DNA of 63,138 nt, the filler included, from Dugesia japonica (Eukaryota): the NCBI GenBank assembly GCA_001938525.1. It is 6 parts of 6 records of this genome, joined end to end, with 100 filler letters (N's around TTAATTAATTAA, not from the genome) between each part and the next. Parts side by side here need not be neighbours in the genome. Positions count along the whole stretch, not along the records: positions 42,657 to 52,279 come from MQRL01639239.1; positions 52,380 to 63,138 come from MQRL01642571.1; 4 more parts are not named here. One strand, written 5' to 3'. The translations under genes were made by a program, and so were the position numbers. Below, one piece after another: positions 50,947-63,138 of this stretch (the stretch's first letter is position 1; each line of letters starts with the position of its first letter). The notes under the pieces were generated by a model. It had not been told where the DNA came from. It saw only the letters and a program-made list of their open reading frames with translations, and did not search any database.

Positions 50947-51059
50947 CAGGAAAAATTTACACGGGAAAAATTTCAAAAAGTTACTAAATTAATAAAGTTT
51001 TAATTTCAAATTTACTTCTTTGTTACATCAATAACAATCATAGATTAAGTATAACAATA

Positions 51060-51813
51060 TAATATCAAATATTAAAAGTTAAGCAATATGAGCTATAGAC
51101 CACAAGAACTNNNNNNNNNNNNNNNNNNNNNNNNNNNNNNNNNNNNNNNNNNNNNNNNNNNNNNNNNNNNNNNNNNGAATACGCCCATAGTGTTTTGACC
51201 AGTTAAATAGTTTGTATGTTGCTAGGACAATTCCTTGATGATGTTATTCAGAAATTTCCAAATTATTGAATGGGAACACTAAAAAAGTGACTGAAATCCG
51301 AAGTGATATTCTTCTATACAATTTGTAATTCTTGCTATGCAGTTTGCTGCTGATTCCTTATTGTTTCAATTTGTAAGTTCTGTTTTTAAGTTGCCTTCCT
51401 CCAATATATGTAAGCTCAAAATAGGAGAGTATTTGATCAATTTGTTTATTATATTAATTCACATCCAAATATAGTTCAGAAACTTCTAAAAATTCCTCCA
51501 CGACTTCTTCTTCTGGTAACAAAGCAAGGGATAACAACATTTTTATATGTATAGCAAAAGACTGATTAGATTCATACAAAGTTTTCAATCCACACTCATG
51601 AAACTTACGCTGAATGGATTGTGATAGATGAAAAAAACATCCGCCAATTTCGATTTTTTCAAATACGATACGAAAGGCTTTCATTGCTGCAGTTTCAAAA
51701 TCTGTCAAGATTTTTCGTGGCTGTGCTTGAGGAATTATTTCCAGTAACTTATTTGGCATTTCCACGTATATTCTTTCTTTTGTTAGTCTAAGTTTTTGTT
51801 TTCTAATTTTCAA
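51060..51813 (-). mobile_element. MULE (Mutator-like) transposase relic
   Basis: PRKILTDFETAAMKAF...GCFFHLSQSIQRK...GL..LY...LSLALLP...YFELTYIG. Confidence 0.88.
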
Positions 51814-51944
51814 ATTTGTTATAATTTTATGTTAATTGTAATATAGCCAAGTAAATTTTATAAATTTATAATTTAAATTTTTTTTATTAAGTATATGTTT
51901 TATTAACTTTTTTTGTGTAATTCTTTCTTTGTGTAATTTCTTCT

Positions 51945-52012
51945 CATTTAAAATAAAAGCTTCGATCAAAATATTTGTTTTGTTATTGATATTTTATAAC
52001 AATTCAATTGAA
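51945..52012 (-). repeat. Truncated copy of the hammerhead-bearing repeat (3' part only)
   Basis: tcatttaaaataaaagcttcgatcaaaa...aacaattc; ribozyme core absent. Confidence 0.75.
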
Positions 52013-52379
52013 TTGTATTTTTTCCCCGCATAATTTCGTCCTGACACTAATATATATATAGAAGAGGGATACTGGTGAGAAACCTCAGCACACATTTAGT
52101 AGCCCCCTCCTGGTGACGTAATGAAATTTAATCCTAATGCATTTAGTTGGGAATTTAAAAATGACATTATATTAGGTAATATTATGTCAGAGAGGTTGTT
52201 TTTCCCTGAGTATTTAGTTGGGAAAATTTTTTGCACACAAATAATGTCATGAGAATTGTTAGGTAAATCTTCAATTGTTNNNNNNNNNNNNNNNNNNNNN
52301 NNNNNNNNNNNNNNNNNNNNNNNTTAATTAATTAANNNNNNNNNNNNNNNNNNNNNNNNNNNNNNNNNNNNNNNNNNNN

Positions 52380-52443
<64 letters not shown>
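52380..52443. repeat. (ATA)n microsatellite
   Basis: Direct. Confidence 0.98.
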
Positions 52444-52444
<1 letters not shown>

Positions 52445-52569
52445 TTAAAGTAAATTTATGGTATATGCCTATGCATATGCATATTCTTCAGTGTATACTT
52501 ATTCAAATTTGTATAAAATTAGAGAAAATTGATATAGTATTTATATATTATAATATTGTTTTATATATT

Positions 52570-53770
52570 TATGGCAGATACTTTTGATATTGGAAAAACA
52601 CATGTTGTAAAACATTTCATTTCAACAGTTGGTAATCCTATTCTACAACAACCTCGACGTCAACCAATACATCTTGAACAGAAGATTCATGAATTGATTG
52701 AGCAACATATAGAAAGCAATATTATCAAAGAATGCTGAAGTGCTTCAAATTTTCCGATGANAATTTTTGGTAAAATGAATGGCGCAATCAGAATGTGCGC
52801 TTTTAGAATGTTGAATGATTCTACAAACATGTTTCATTCCCAATGTCAGATCCGCAAACCTTTTTTGAGCACCTTTGTGGTTATACAATATTTTCAACTT
52901 TGGATGTGGGACAAGCTTATTATCAAGTTGAATTAAACAAAGAAGATAAGATTAAAATGGCATTTTCAACAAAAAAGGAACAATATTGCTACAATCTTAT
53001 GCCGTTTGGGTTATCAACAGCTCCAGTTATATTTCAGAAATTGATGCACTCCATTAAACTACTGGATTTATAAATTTGGAAAACCACAGAAAATTGTGTA
53101 AGACCGTTGTAACATATTTGAAGGGTAATTTCGACAAAATCTGGTTAGTAAGCTTAATATTTCACGAATCTTTACGTCTCCATAAGAACATAAATCAAAT
53201 GAATTATCTGAACAAGCAATCAAAACAGTTTGAGACTTGATAGTGATTTCAATGAAAGCGGGAGAGGAGGAAAATTCTTGGGATGAGCTTCTTCTTAGAG
53301 TAGAATTTGCATTCAATTATACTTTATCAAAGTATTATTGTATTCTCACCAATGGAAATCAATTATAGGAAGAAGATATATATTCAAACAAATAAGGAAC
53401 ACACCTTTAAAGAGGACGAAATTATTAATAAAGATTACGATAATATTAAACGAGCATCGCACACAATGATCAAATCAACGAAAAAACCGCAAGTAGGTGA
53501 AGATGTGTTAGTAAGGGAAGATCCCCCAAAACAGAAAAAGATCGATTTACTCTATGGAAGTTCTTAAAGCATTATTGAATTTCTAACACATCACCAAGTT
53601 CGGTCAAAAGCTACACAAGATTCTGGATTTAGAAGAAAAGAATAGTGAGATTCTAGAAAGAGGAGGAAAATTTGAATATTTAAAAAGACTAAATATTTGT
53701 TTAAATATTGTGTTTTAAGATTTAAATATATTTTAAACTTATTGAATAAATTTGAAATGGATGTTAAGAC
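52570..53770 (+). mobile_element. Internally deleted Gypsy relic (RT, integrase, PPT)
   Basis: DIGKTHVVKHFI..PILQQPRRQP, FSTLDVGQAYYQV..EDKIKMAF..MPFGLSTAP; integrase WDELL..VEFAFN; PPT gaggaggaaaa ~53660. Confidence 0.85.
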
Positions 53771-54369
53771 TTTTGATTTAACTCATATTGAAGTCAAACA
53801 ATCACCAAACTGCTTCTGGAGAACTTACATATCGTGAGTTCATGAATATTTTAATTTCATCATGATACAGAGCATTCTCTTGTATTTAAACCTTTTGATT
53901 TAACTTTCCTAACAATTGAAATTTTAAAGAAACGTTGGGAAATAATGAACTAAATAAGAAATAAATGGAAAACAAACTGGAAATTCATAAAGCTGAGTAT
54001 ATTAATTACATCTCTCTTTATCATATATTTGAGACGAATAACTAATTTAAGTACAAGAATCATCACAGGTACAGTGAGTATGTACTAGTTTTCATTTGAT
54101 GATTGAGGAATCACTTTAAAATATATATATAATAGTTCTAATATTCTCCGAGAGTATTTATTATGTAAAATAGTGACTAGTAGCAACTGTTCACTCAAAT
54201 TTCATGACAAATGATTACTTAATAATATTACTTAATAATAATTTTTTTTCATTATTGTCTGTCTACCCTTCTGCTTGCTCTTCCTTCTTCTACTTCTCTG
54301 CTTCTGTCCTTACTCCTCTGATTGCCGTGTTATTAAAGTTAAATCAGCCTTCTAAATCAATCAGATTAA

Positions 54370-55620
54370 TTTGGTTTCAAAAGAATGCCGTTTGGAATTT
54401 AGGTAAAACGAAGAAAACAACGGTGTATTTAGACGATACTCTGATATTTTCAGAGAACTTGGAAGAGCTTTGCATGACACTAGATGAAATACATCAAACA
54501 AGACTATATAAAAAAACGACGATATGTTACGGAAAGAGATCAAATTTTGGGCACATGTTATAAGTGATAAAGAAGTCTAAGCCTACCCATAAAACATGGT
54601 TGAAATTTATCCCTACGAAGACCAAAATTCGCGAAAAAATTAAGAAGTTTCCTGAAGATATATATTTATTACAGTAGTTTCATAAAAAGTAGTTTTCATA
54701 AGGAAGACTAGAGAACTAAACAAATTGTACAGTGTAAATAATAAGGCATTTGTAAAGACAGAATGCTGCAATCAAGCATTTTGAGATAAGAAAGAAAGAA
54801 TCACTTTTCGTGCTTCTGGATGTCATGAGAGAACTCACGCTTGATAAAGATGCAATACAATTGGTGCAGTATTATTCTAAAAGTACAACAGTAGATAAGA
54901 ATGGGTGATGGAATATGGTATTTGCATAACAAGAAAAGAATAGGTGGCAATAGTCTAATTTTACAACTACTTCAACCACTTTACATTTGAATATTCACAC
55001 TGTGAACGGACATAAAGTAATTAAGTTTATGTTAACAACAAAAATACCAAAAATGCAGTGGCCATAATCGACAAAAACAATAAATATACATCATTGACAG
55101 CAAAACAAGATTAATATAATAATAATAATAATAATTCGTGTGTTAATAGATAACTAGGTACTAAAGTCACTGTAATTAATTTATGCAGAATGTATGAAAG
55201 GTATTCAAATCTCATAGTATGAAGTAATTGAAAGATGAGTTTAATATAAAACTATGCTTCTCAAGTCCTTATAATTTGAATGGACTAGTAATAATGCCAT
55301 TTTGAACTACCTGGGATTGAATTAAGGCATCAATAACGCACAGAAACACGAAGTATTGGGCTTAATCTTAATAAACGTGACGTTACAAAACACAAAATGT
55401 AAAATCCCAACGGAAATAGTGTTTCATAAAAATTCAGCAGAGAAAAATATTTCCCATCTAGATCACTAGAGAGGTAGTTCTAAAACAATGGACCACAGAC
55501 TATGTACTGAACAAGGAGAAAATTTGCGATAAGGGGATACAATACTTGTCAAGGAAGAAACATGAAACAAGGATCAGTGTTGGATGTCTTTGGGATTTCA
55601 CAAAGGCAAATCAACGATTT
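54370..55620 (+). mobile_element. Second, heavily deleted Gypsy pol relic
   Basis: MPFG, VYLDDTLIFS, KFLGH, IGAVL, CITRKE fragments. Confidence 0.75.
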
Positions 55621-55751
55621 TTACTTAAGTTCAATTGAATTATTTAGAAACAAAATCTGATTAATGTTTATTTATAAAAATTTCAATAACTTATTTATTA
55701 TAGCTTAATATGTTTAATATATAAAAAAATATGCGTATAAATAAACTATAT

Positions 55752-56165
55752 ACAGTGGGATCCAATTTAAGGTTACATTTTAAATTTAATTCCATTTATT
55801 TTTGTTTTGTTTTATTAAATCAATAATTGTAGAATAAGCAATAATAATTCATGCGGTTTTTTAAAATGAGTTGTTATACCATTGAACAAAGAATATTTAT
55901 GGTAAAAAAAATTATTTTAAATACGGCGAAAAATATGCAAAGTTCGCAGAAAATTTAAGTCTGAATATGGAAGACAAAATTGTCCGTCACATGGGACAAT
56001 TCAAAAAGATATCAAACAATTTATAAAAAGTGGGTCGATAAAAGATGAACGACGCCAAGAATATCATAAAAGTGTTCGTTTAGAAACAAATCTTGCAGCT
56101 GTAAAATAAAATACATGAGAATATATTGCCAAACCATTGCATTCCTCCCAAAAATCTATCTACAA
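55752..56165 (+). mobile_element. Tc1/mariner (DUF4817-type) 5' fragment
   Basis: TA-cagtgggatccaat terminus; MSCYTIEQRIFMVK...RRKFKSEYG..CPS..TI...IKQFIKSGSI HTH. Confidence 0.75.
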
Positions 56166-56169
56166 AATT

Positions 56170-56590
56170 ACGCATTGCCCTTTTAAAATGATCTGCGTGC
56201 AATAGTGATTTAAAATTCACGTCGTCTCCAATACTCCCTCTTGCTACTTTACAGACCATTATTGATATTATTTTCTCTCTTTGTATTGGGAAAAGCATAT
56301 GTTTTCGCGCCTTCTCAATATCGTTAATTGTACAAATACCCCGCTTTTCCATATTACTAATTTTTTCCAATTTTGTTGTTCTACCAAGCTCTATCATTTC
56401 TATCATTAGCGGAGTTGGTGCTGTCTTTCTGTCCGACACTGTTATTTATACCTCTTCATTTATTTTGTACATAGGATCAAGAATGTTGCTACATTTTTCA
56501 ATTACTTTTGATTGATAGTGTTTATCTGTCAAAATTCTTGTTATTGGAAGCAAAAACACTTTTTCTCCCTTATAAATTAAATGGATTTCC
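56170..56590 (-). pseudogene. Unassigned coding-like fragment
   Basis: About 130 codons with one stop (LLPITRIL...TVSDRKTAPTPLMIEMIELGRTTKLEKI...MVCKV); family not recognised. Confidence 0.25.
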
Positions 56591-57784
56591 GTCTAAATAC
56601 TTTATTTATATTTAATGCATGTTTATTATATTTCTATTTATCAATAATGTTTTTCAAGAATATTTAATAAAATGTTTTAAAAATTTACTTTTACGAAAAA
56701 GTATATTATTTAAGAACAATCCTGATTAATGTCTCAAATTAACAGGATTCATATTATATCTGATTAAGGATAAAATAAGCTCTATAATTTGTCGAAATTT
56801 CTGAAGATTTTAAAAAAAAATTCGTCACAGAACACCAAAAAATATTTTTTTACACTTATTTTACGTGCTTTCAAAAGGTACTGTGACATTATTTAATAGC
56901 AAGGGCTTATTACTAATTTATCTTGCACTGATGTTACATGTTTATGATATATTTTTCTTAAGAATTTAAATGTTTAAAAATATTTGTCAAATTAGGAATT
57001 TTCATAAGGAAAATTTATTGAGGAATTTTATTGAATTATCGTATTAGAATATAAAAACAAACGAGAAAGACTTATGCGAATAAAACTTGGTAGTGCACTG
57101 AAAAGAGTTTAGTTATTGCGTTGTTTAATTTTGCTTTTTAATTAATAAAAATAATCATATCTTTAAATTTAGTTTTTTCAATAGATAATCTGTAGCTTTA
57201 AGTTTCAANNNNNNNNNNNNNNNNNNNNNNNNNNNNNNNNNNNNNNNNNNNNNNNNNNAAGAATTTAAATGTTTAAAAATATTTGTCAAATTAGGAATTT
57301 TCATAAGGAAAATTTATTGAGGAATTTGATTGAATTATCGTATTAGAATATAAAAACAAACGAGAAAGACTTATGCGAATGAAACGTGGTAGTGCACTGA
57401 AAAGAGTTTAGTTATTGCGTTGTTTAATTTTGTTTTTTAATTAATAAAAATAATCATATCTTTAAATTTAGTTTTTTCAATAGATAATCTGTAGCTTTAA
57501 GTTTCAATAGAAAAAAATAAAACCGTTAAAAAAAACCGTTGAAAAAAGAGTATATTTTGAGAAAATATGTATTTTCTAAAAAAAAATATATATTCTCATT
57601 AATTTTTGTACAAAAATAAGAATATTTATTGAGTATTTATTAATTAATTCTTGTTTTATTTTACTTGACTGTACTAACTTTTTAAAGTATTAATCGCATT
57701 TATAATCAAATTTTTGCAATTGATTTGGTTATTTGTATAAAACAATTCACTCATAGCAATTGATTTNAATAACCCAGTTTTTAG

Positions 57785-60700
57785 ATGTCCCTTAGGCCTA
57801 AAACTATTAATTATAACGAATATTGGAGTCGTTTAAGCGATGTTGCTTTAAATGTTTTGAGGTGTGAAAATGTTTCAAAGCTACAATGGAACTCTAGTTT
57901 CAGTGATGTTTATGAAGTTTGTGTAGCTAAAAAAGATGGAACAGAGGTTTATGCTGAGTCCTTGTACATGGATACATTTACTCTAATCGAAAAGCATATT
58001 GAAGAAATACAAACAGAATTGATAAGTGTTAGCATAAATGAATTTTTACCTATTTATGTGAAAAAATGGGAAATTCTTTATAAAGGACTGGAATATTTAC
58101 ATAGTTTATACAGGTTAATATTTTTAATGTGTAAAGTTTTAATTGTGATTATAGTTATGTTAATACACAACATGTAAAAAATCGAAGGCCAACCGAATCA
58201 GATATATGTTATTCTCAAGCAGTTATTAATGTGAGTGAAAATAATATGGAAATTAAAGAAGTAGTTTTTATAATTATAAATAATATTATATTTTATCTTA
58301 GATGGGTTTGGAATTATGGAAGGACACTGTTATTAAAGTTGGAGATAAATTAAAATGTTCCTTATTACGAGAAATCGAATGGTTGTTTTAAGTATTTAAA
58401 TTTAGTTTAGTAGATTAATTTATGTAAAATATATAAAATATTATATTGGAATTTCATGTGATTTTACTAGTGATTTTTATTTTCAAGTAAAAATATATAA
58501 TTTAGCTTTGGTCGGAAAAATACAAATTATAGCGTTAAAATAAAAAGATAATTTTATTAGAATACCCTTTGTTAACAATTTGATTAGTTTCTTATTTAAA
58601 CTAATAGTATCGATCTAAAGACGCTTAAGACATAATATTAATTTTACTTAAGTAATATACACTTAAACGTTTATTTTAGTTATTTTGATTTGTTTTTTAC
58701 TAAAATTTCTTTAATTATACACCTGCACAATTTTTGATTTCACTTGATTTTTAAGTACTCAATAAATAAACAATTTTTAAGCAAACATTTTCTTTTGTAA
58801 TTTCTTTTATCAATTTTTTTAATATAAAGTATAATCGACTTATGATATGTTATTCTTAAATTGAATATTAAAAATTTTGCATTCAATCATTCTAGAAAAA
58901 TGTGATAAATTACGAAAAAATATTTTATATGTACAAATGACTTGGAGTCTTAGACCCTAGTGAGAAATAAATTTAATTATTTATTTATAATTTATTTGCA
59001 ATCGGTGCATATAAGAGATGAATGATNNNNNNNNNNNNNNNNNNNNNNNNNNNNNNNNNNNNNNNNNNNNNNNNNNCACTTTGTTAACAATTTGATTAGT
59101 TTCTTATTTAAACTAATAGTATCGATCTAAAGACGCTTAAGACATATTATTAATTTTACTTAAGTAATATACACTTAAACATTTATTTTAGTTATTTTGA
59201 TTTGTTTTTTTACTAAAATTTCTTTAATTATACACCTGCACAATTTTTGATTTCACTTGATTTTTAAGTACTCAATAAATAAACAATTTTTAAGCAAACA
59301 TTTTCTTTTGTAATTTCTTTTATCAATTTTTTNNNNNTAAAGTATAATCGACTTATGATATGTTATTCTTAAATTGAATATTAAAAATTTTGCATTAAAT
59401 CATTCTAGAAAAATGTGATAAATTACGAAAAAATATTTTATATGTACAAATGACTTGGAGTCTTGGACCCTAGTGAGAAATAAATTTAATTATTTATTTA
59501 TAATTTATTTGCAATCGGTGCATATAAGAGATGAATGATCATTACAAACAGTTTAAAGAATTTCAATTATAATCATAGGGGATTGGAATGTGAAAGATCT
59601 CTGCAGTATATTAGACCACAATTTTCGTAATTAATTTTAAAAGGCTAATCTACCATAACGTTTTGATTTACTAGATTTGGGGGGCCTTCCATAAATGATG
59701 TAAGGCAATTTTAGTAGATTCTTCTTCATCACAGAATATCTGACATCCCAATATGACGTCCCAAAGATTCTTCACAAAATATATTTGTTATATTTCATCC
59801 TTGTCTCAGCAATAGTAAGTAGCTTTAAAACATTACAAAGTTAATATTTAAACGTAATAGTTGTTATAAAATTTCAATCATCCAAAAATTCTATTTAATA
59901 TATTTGCATTCTATAACATTGCGACATTCAAACTATATTTAATAACATCTCTATTAAGTTGAAAATAAGACTTATATGTGACATTACACTTCTTGAGCCC
60001 CTCCTACCCATTGTCATTTCTCGTCACAAATGTTTGCTCCTATGATCAGCTAAANNCATGTTTTTATTTTTAAAATCGGATTACATATCTTGTTGCAATA
60101 TAAGTAATGTTTACTGGTAATATAAAAAAATACGGCATTTTCATTTATTACAAATGTAAGTAACATTTACTATCATTATATATTTAACATTTCCATCGTT
60201 TTACTAGCTTTACTACGATTCACGTATTACAGTTAGGTTTCCTTGATTTAATGAAATGATTCATGTTAATTTAAAGATCATTAGAATTCTTAAAACGCTT
60301 TTCAAAGGGTACATTAATCTGTGGACTTAAGATCTGTCCACTTTCAACCGCAAATTTTCTTATTTAAATGGAGAATCCAGATTTCGTTAATTTTATGTTG
60401 AAATTATCATAAAATTTTTCTCGTGAATATTGTTATTTTCTAATAATATTTATAAAATAAAATATAACAGATGAAATTTTGGTATTTTAGCTGTAACATT
60501 TTATTTAAGGGATCGACGAGGGGAAAGAAGTGTTCATTTTGATTATGTACAGGAGGCTATAAATTCTCTTCTGACTGTTGGAAATACAATTGTTAGTAAT
60601 TTAGTAAGTATTAACTTAAATCAGACGTGGGCAACCTATGGCCCGCGCGCCCGGATACGGTTCGTTTAGATTTTTCATCCGACCCATGAAGTCTCTAAAC

Positions 60701-62677
60701 ATTTCCCATTATTTTTTTTAACAAATTGTATTTTATCATACATTGATAATAATAAGTATTTTTATATAAACTCTTACATCTATTTATAATTGATTTAAAA
60801 TAAATGTATGAAATGTTTTATTTTTCAAAATTGAATTTTAATGTCAACTCTTTCACCTGCACTATGAAATATTAAAATCTTATCTCTGTCACAAAAAATG
60901 TGGATTTGTAGATTTAAGGTAAATAAGAATGAAAAGGTATATTTTACTAATACACACATGATACAATGAAATAAGTTATGCATAATATCAACAGCCGCTC
61001 CTCTGGACGCAATAATCTGGTTTATGATACACTACTTAATGTTGAAAAGAGAAGTTAGTGTTACTTCTTTTGTAGATCATATATCAGCTTGTAGTGTGGT
61101 CCACAAAATATCTAGATCCTTACACATGTTTTTGGCATCGTTTGCTCAAGGAGAGAAACAAACCAAGTTCATTAATATTTATTTCAGGAGATTGAGCCAG
61201 CTGGTTAATAACAGTGCCTGCTGGAATTAGACTCCCTAAAATCATAAATTTTGCACGNNNNNNNNNNNNNNNNNNNNNNNNNNNNNNNNNNNNNNNNNNN
61301 NNNNNNNNNNNNNNNNNNNNNNNNNNNNNNNNNNNNNNGGCATGGCTTCATCATTCATCAAATCGTAAAAGTTGTTAGAGTTGATTGTGCAATCAACTTT
61401 GTACGTATCATCTTTTTTGTGATTCTTTGACGATCGCTTGGCTTCGTGGTCTGCCTGAATCCTCCAAATGCCGACTNNNNNNNNNNNNNNNNNNNNNNNN
61501 NNNNNNNNNNNNNNNNNNNNNNNNNNTCAGGAGATTGAGCCAGCTGGTTAATAACAGTGCCTGCTGGAATTAGACTCCCTAAAATCATAAATTTTGCACG
61601 TTGTTTTTGCCAACATGTGAGCGAGCATTATCCATTTGAATGAAAACGTTTTTACAACTGTGCATCCTCTTCGAAACTGCNGGCATGGCTTCATCATTCA
61701 TCAAATCGTAAAAGTTGTTAGAGTTGATTGTGCAATCAACTTTGTACGTATCATCTTTTTTGTGATTCTTTGACGATCGCTTGGCTTCGTGGTCTGCCTG
61801 AATCCTCCAAATGCCGACTTAAAATTATATCTTGAATGCGGTTTCGCAACATCAGTTAATATCATTATTTTTGATACATTAGATTTGCTTATTACTGGAC
61901 ATTTTCCACTGGGACTATTCGGACGATGTTTTCCCCGAGTAAATGATTTTAACTTGAACCATTTCTCATCAATATCCACATATTTGTNNNNNNNNNNNNN
62001 NNNNNNNNNNNNNNNNNNNNNNNNNNNNNNNNNNNNNNNNNNNNNNNNNNNNNNNNNNNNNNNNNNNNNNNNNNNNNNNNNNNNNNNNNNNNNNNNNNNN
62101 NNNNNNNNNNNNNNNNNNNNNNNNNNNNNNNNNNNNNNNNNNNNNNNNNNNNNNNNNNNNNNNNNNNNNNNNNNNNNNNNNAATTTATTTTTGGGACAGA
62201 GGTAGTACTTAAGTAAATAAGTGGTAAAAATAATATCATATACTCATACCCGATTTTTTTCTAAGTCAACATTGATTCAAATTTGGCCCGCAAGATGCAA
62301 AAAGTTGCCCACCCCTGGCTTATATAATCACATTTTAATTTATAAATCAGAGTAAAACATATCCATACGAGGATTTATTTGAAAATGATTTGTTAATTGC
62401 GACTAAAAAGTTTTATGAATTATGGGCTGCTGATAAATCGTCTAATTTATCTTGCGGAAATTACGTTATACAAGTTGGTATTAAATTATATATTTTTTAT
62501 TTTTACATGATATTTAGGCCTTAGAACTCAGAAAGAAAGAAGAACAAAGATGCCGATTATGCTATAACGAATCTTGGAAAAAAATTTCTGATTATTTTCG
62601 AGAGATTATTGTAGCTGATCAAATTGTATTTTTAAATACGTCTGTTAAAAGTATTGTAGATAACGAGTGCAAAATCG
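57785..62677 (+). CDS. cul2: Cullin-2, 5' partial; exons 57785-58113, 58155-58260, 58302-58381, 60510-60603, 62351-62473, 62518-62677
   Basis: MSLRPK...W..SFSDVYEVCVA...YVNTQHVK...TESD...MEIKEMGLELWK...LLREIEWDRRGE...YEDLFE..L..TKKFY...EEQRC...IVADQI follows CUL2 colinearly; GT-AG boundaries with consistent phases. Confidence 0.93.
60622..62317. mobile_element. Non-autonomous hAT (Charlie/Buster-like) in cul2 intron 4
   Basis: TIRs cagacgtgggcaac / caggggtgggcaac; TSD acttaaat / gcttatat (6/8, central TA); tggcccgc subterminal motifs. Confidence 0.85.
60990..61987 (-). pseudogene. DD39D (plant-type mariner) transposase relic inside the hAT ends
   Basis: VDIDEKWF, SKSNVSKIMILTDVAKP, FIQMDNARSH, QLAQSPEININELGLF. 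Confidence 0.78.
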
Positions 62678-63138
62678 GTACGTAATTATTACTTCAGAAA
62701 AATAAATTTTCTTAAAAAATATTTTATAATCAATGATAAATTATAGTTCAAGTATTTATAATTTTATTTATTTATAATTGAATTTATTAGACGATTACTG
62801 TTTCTAAATATCATTTGTAAAATATGGGATTATAACATAACGGTACCGTCTCCCGCTGGATACTTCAATGGTTACGGCTAAGGGTCCAGTGGAAAAAAGA
62901 TGGGAGTTGAGGCGGTTGTGGAATAAAATATGACAAATTATAAATATGAAAAATTCAAAAATTAATAAAAATAATAAATATTTGAGTGAAATCATTATAG
63001 CCATTATTTTTATAAATATCTCTGAGGTAAAATAAAGGGTAAAATGGGAATGTGCTAAGTTTAAATCAAATAACGTTGTTTTAATATTAGGATAAAATTA
63101 AGAACTAGTACAAAATCTTTTAAATAGTAATTTTTCTG

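Noticed and set aside
8659-52335. Recurrent TTAATTAATTAA palindrome as a biological motif
   Set aside because: Always centred in N runs of equal length; a six-frame-stop assembly linker
56960-59537. Tandem duplications 56960-57207/57259-57507 and ~58568-59026/59079-59539
   Set aside because: Nearly identical copies flanking N gaps; most likely unmerged contig overlaps or haplotypes
59679-60040. Harbinger/Tourist-like MITE beginning ggggccttccataaat
   Set aside because: Only one terminus recognisable; no matching TIR or TSD
61186-61819. Repeated segments within the DD39D relic
   Set aside because: Identical pieces bounded by gaps; assembly redundancy

Overview
AT-rich, intron-containing animal DNA. 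The 41-49 nt introns and the TE repertoire resemble a planarian-like flatworm, but the taxon is an inference. Five artificial N44-TTAATTAATTAA-N44 spacers split the window into six contigs (1-8614, 8715-17024, 17125-26264, 26365-42556, 42657-52279, 52380-63138), so adjacency across spacers is not evidence of linkage. Two host genes can be rebuilt exon by exon: an EGFR/ErbB-family receptor ectodomain (- strand, 31847-40307) and the 5' part of cullin-2 (+ strand, 57785-62677). The rest is mostly decayed mobile DNA: Maverick/Polinton-type PolB fragments, a Buster-type hAT with a perfect 8-bp TSD, Tigger, several Tc1/mariner families including a plant-type DD39D relic, MULE, Gypsy elements, an R2/NeSL-like LINE tail and a Penelope GIY-YIG relic. 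The most interesting signals are three. (1) A dispersed ~100-bp repeat carries a minimal type I hammerhead ribozyme whose helices covary between copies, including a palindromic pair. (2) A TBP-like gene remnant lies directly downstream of a Polinton-type PolB, the two enclosed by inverted tandem-repeat arrays. (3) A 1.04-kb gag-only LTR element has 79-bp LTRs. All calls come from manual motif reading, with no database searches.
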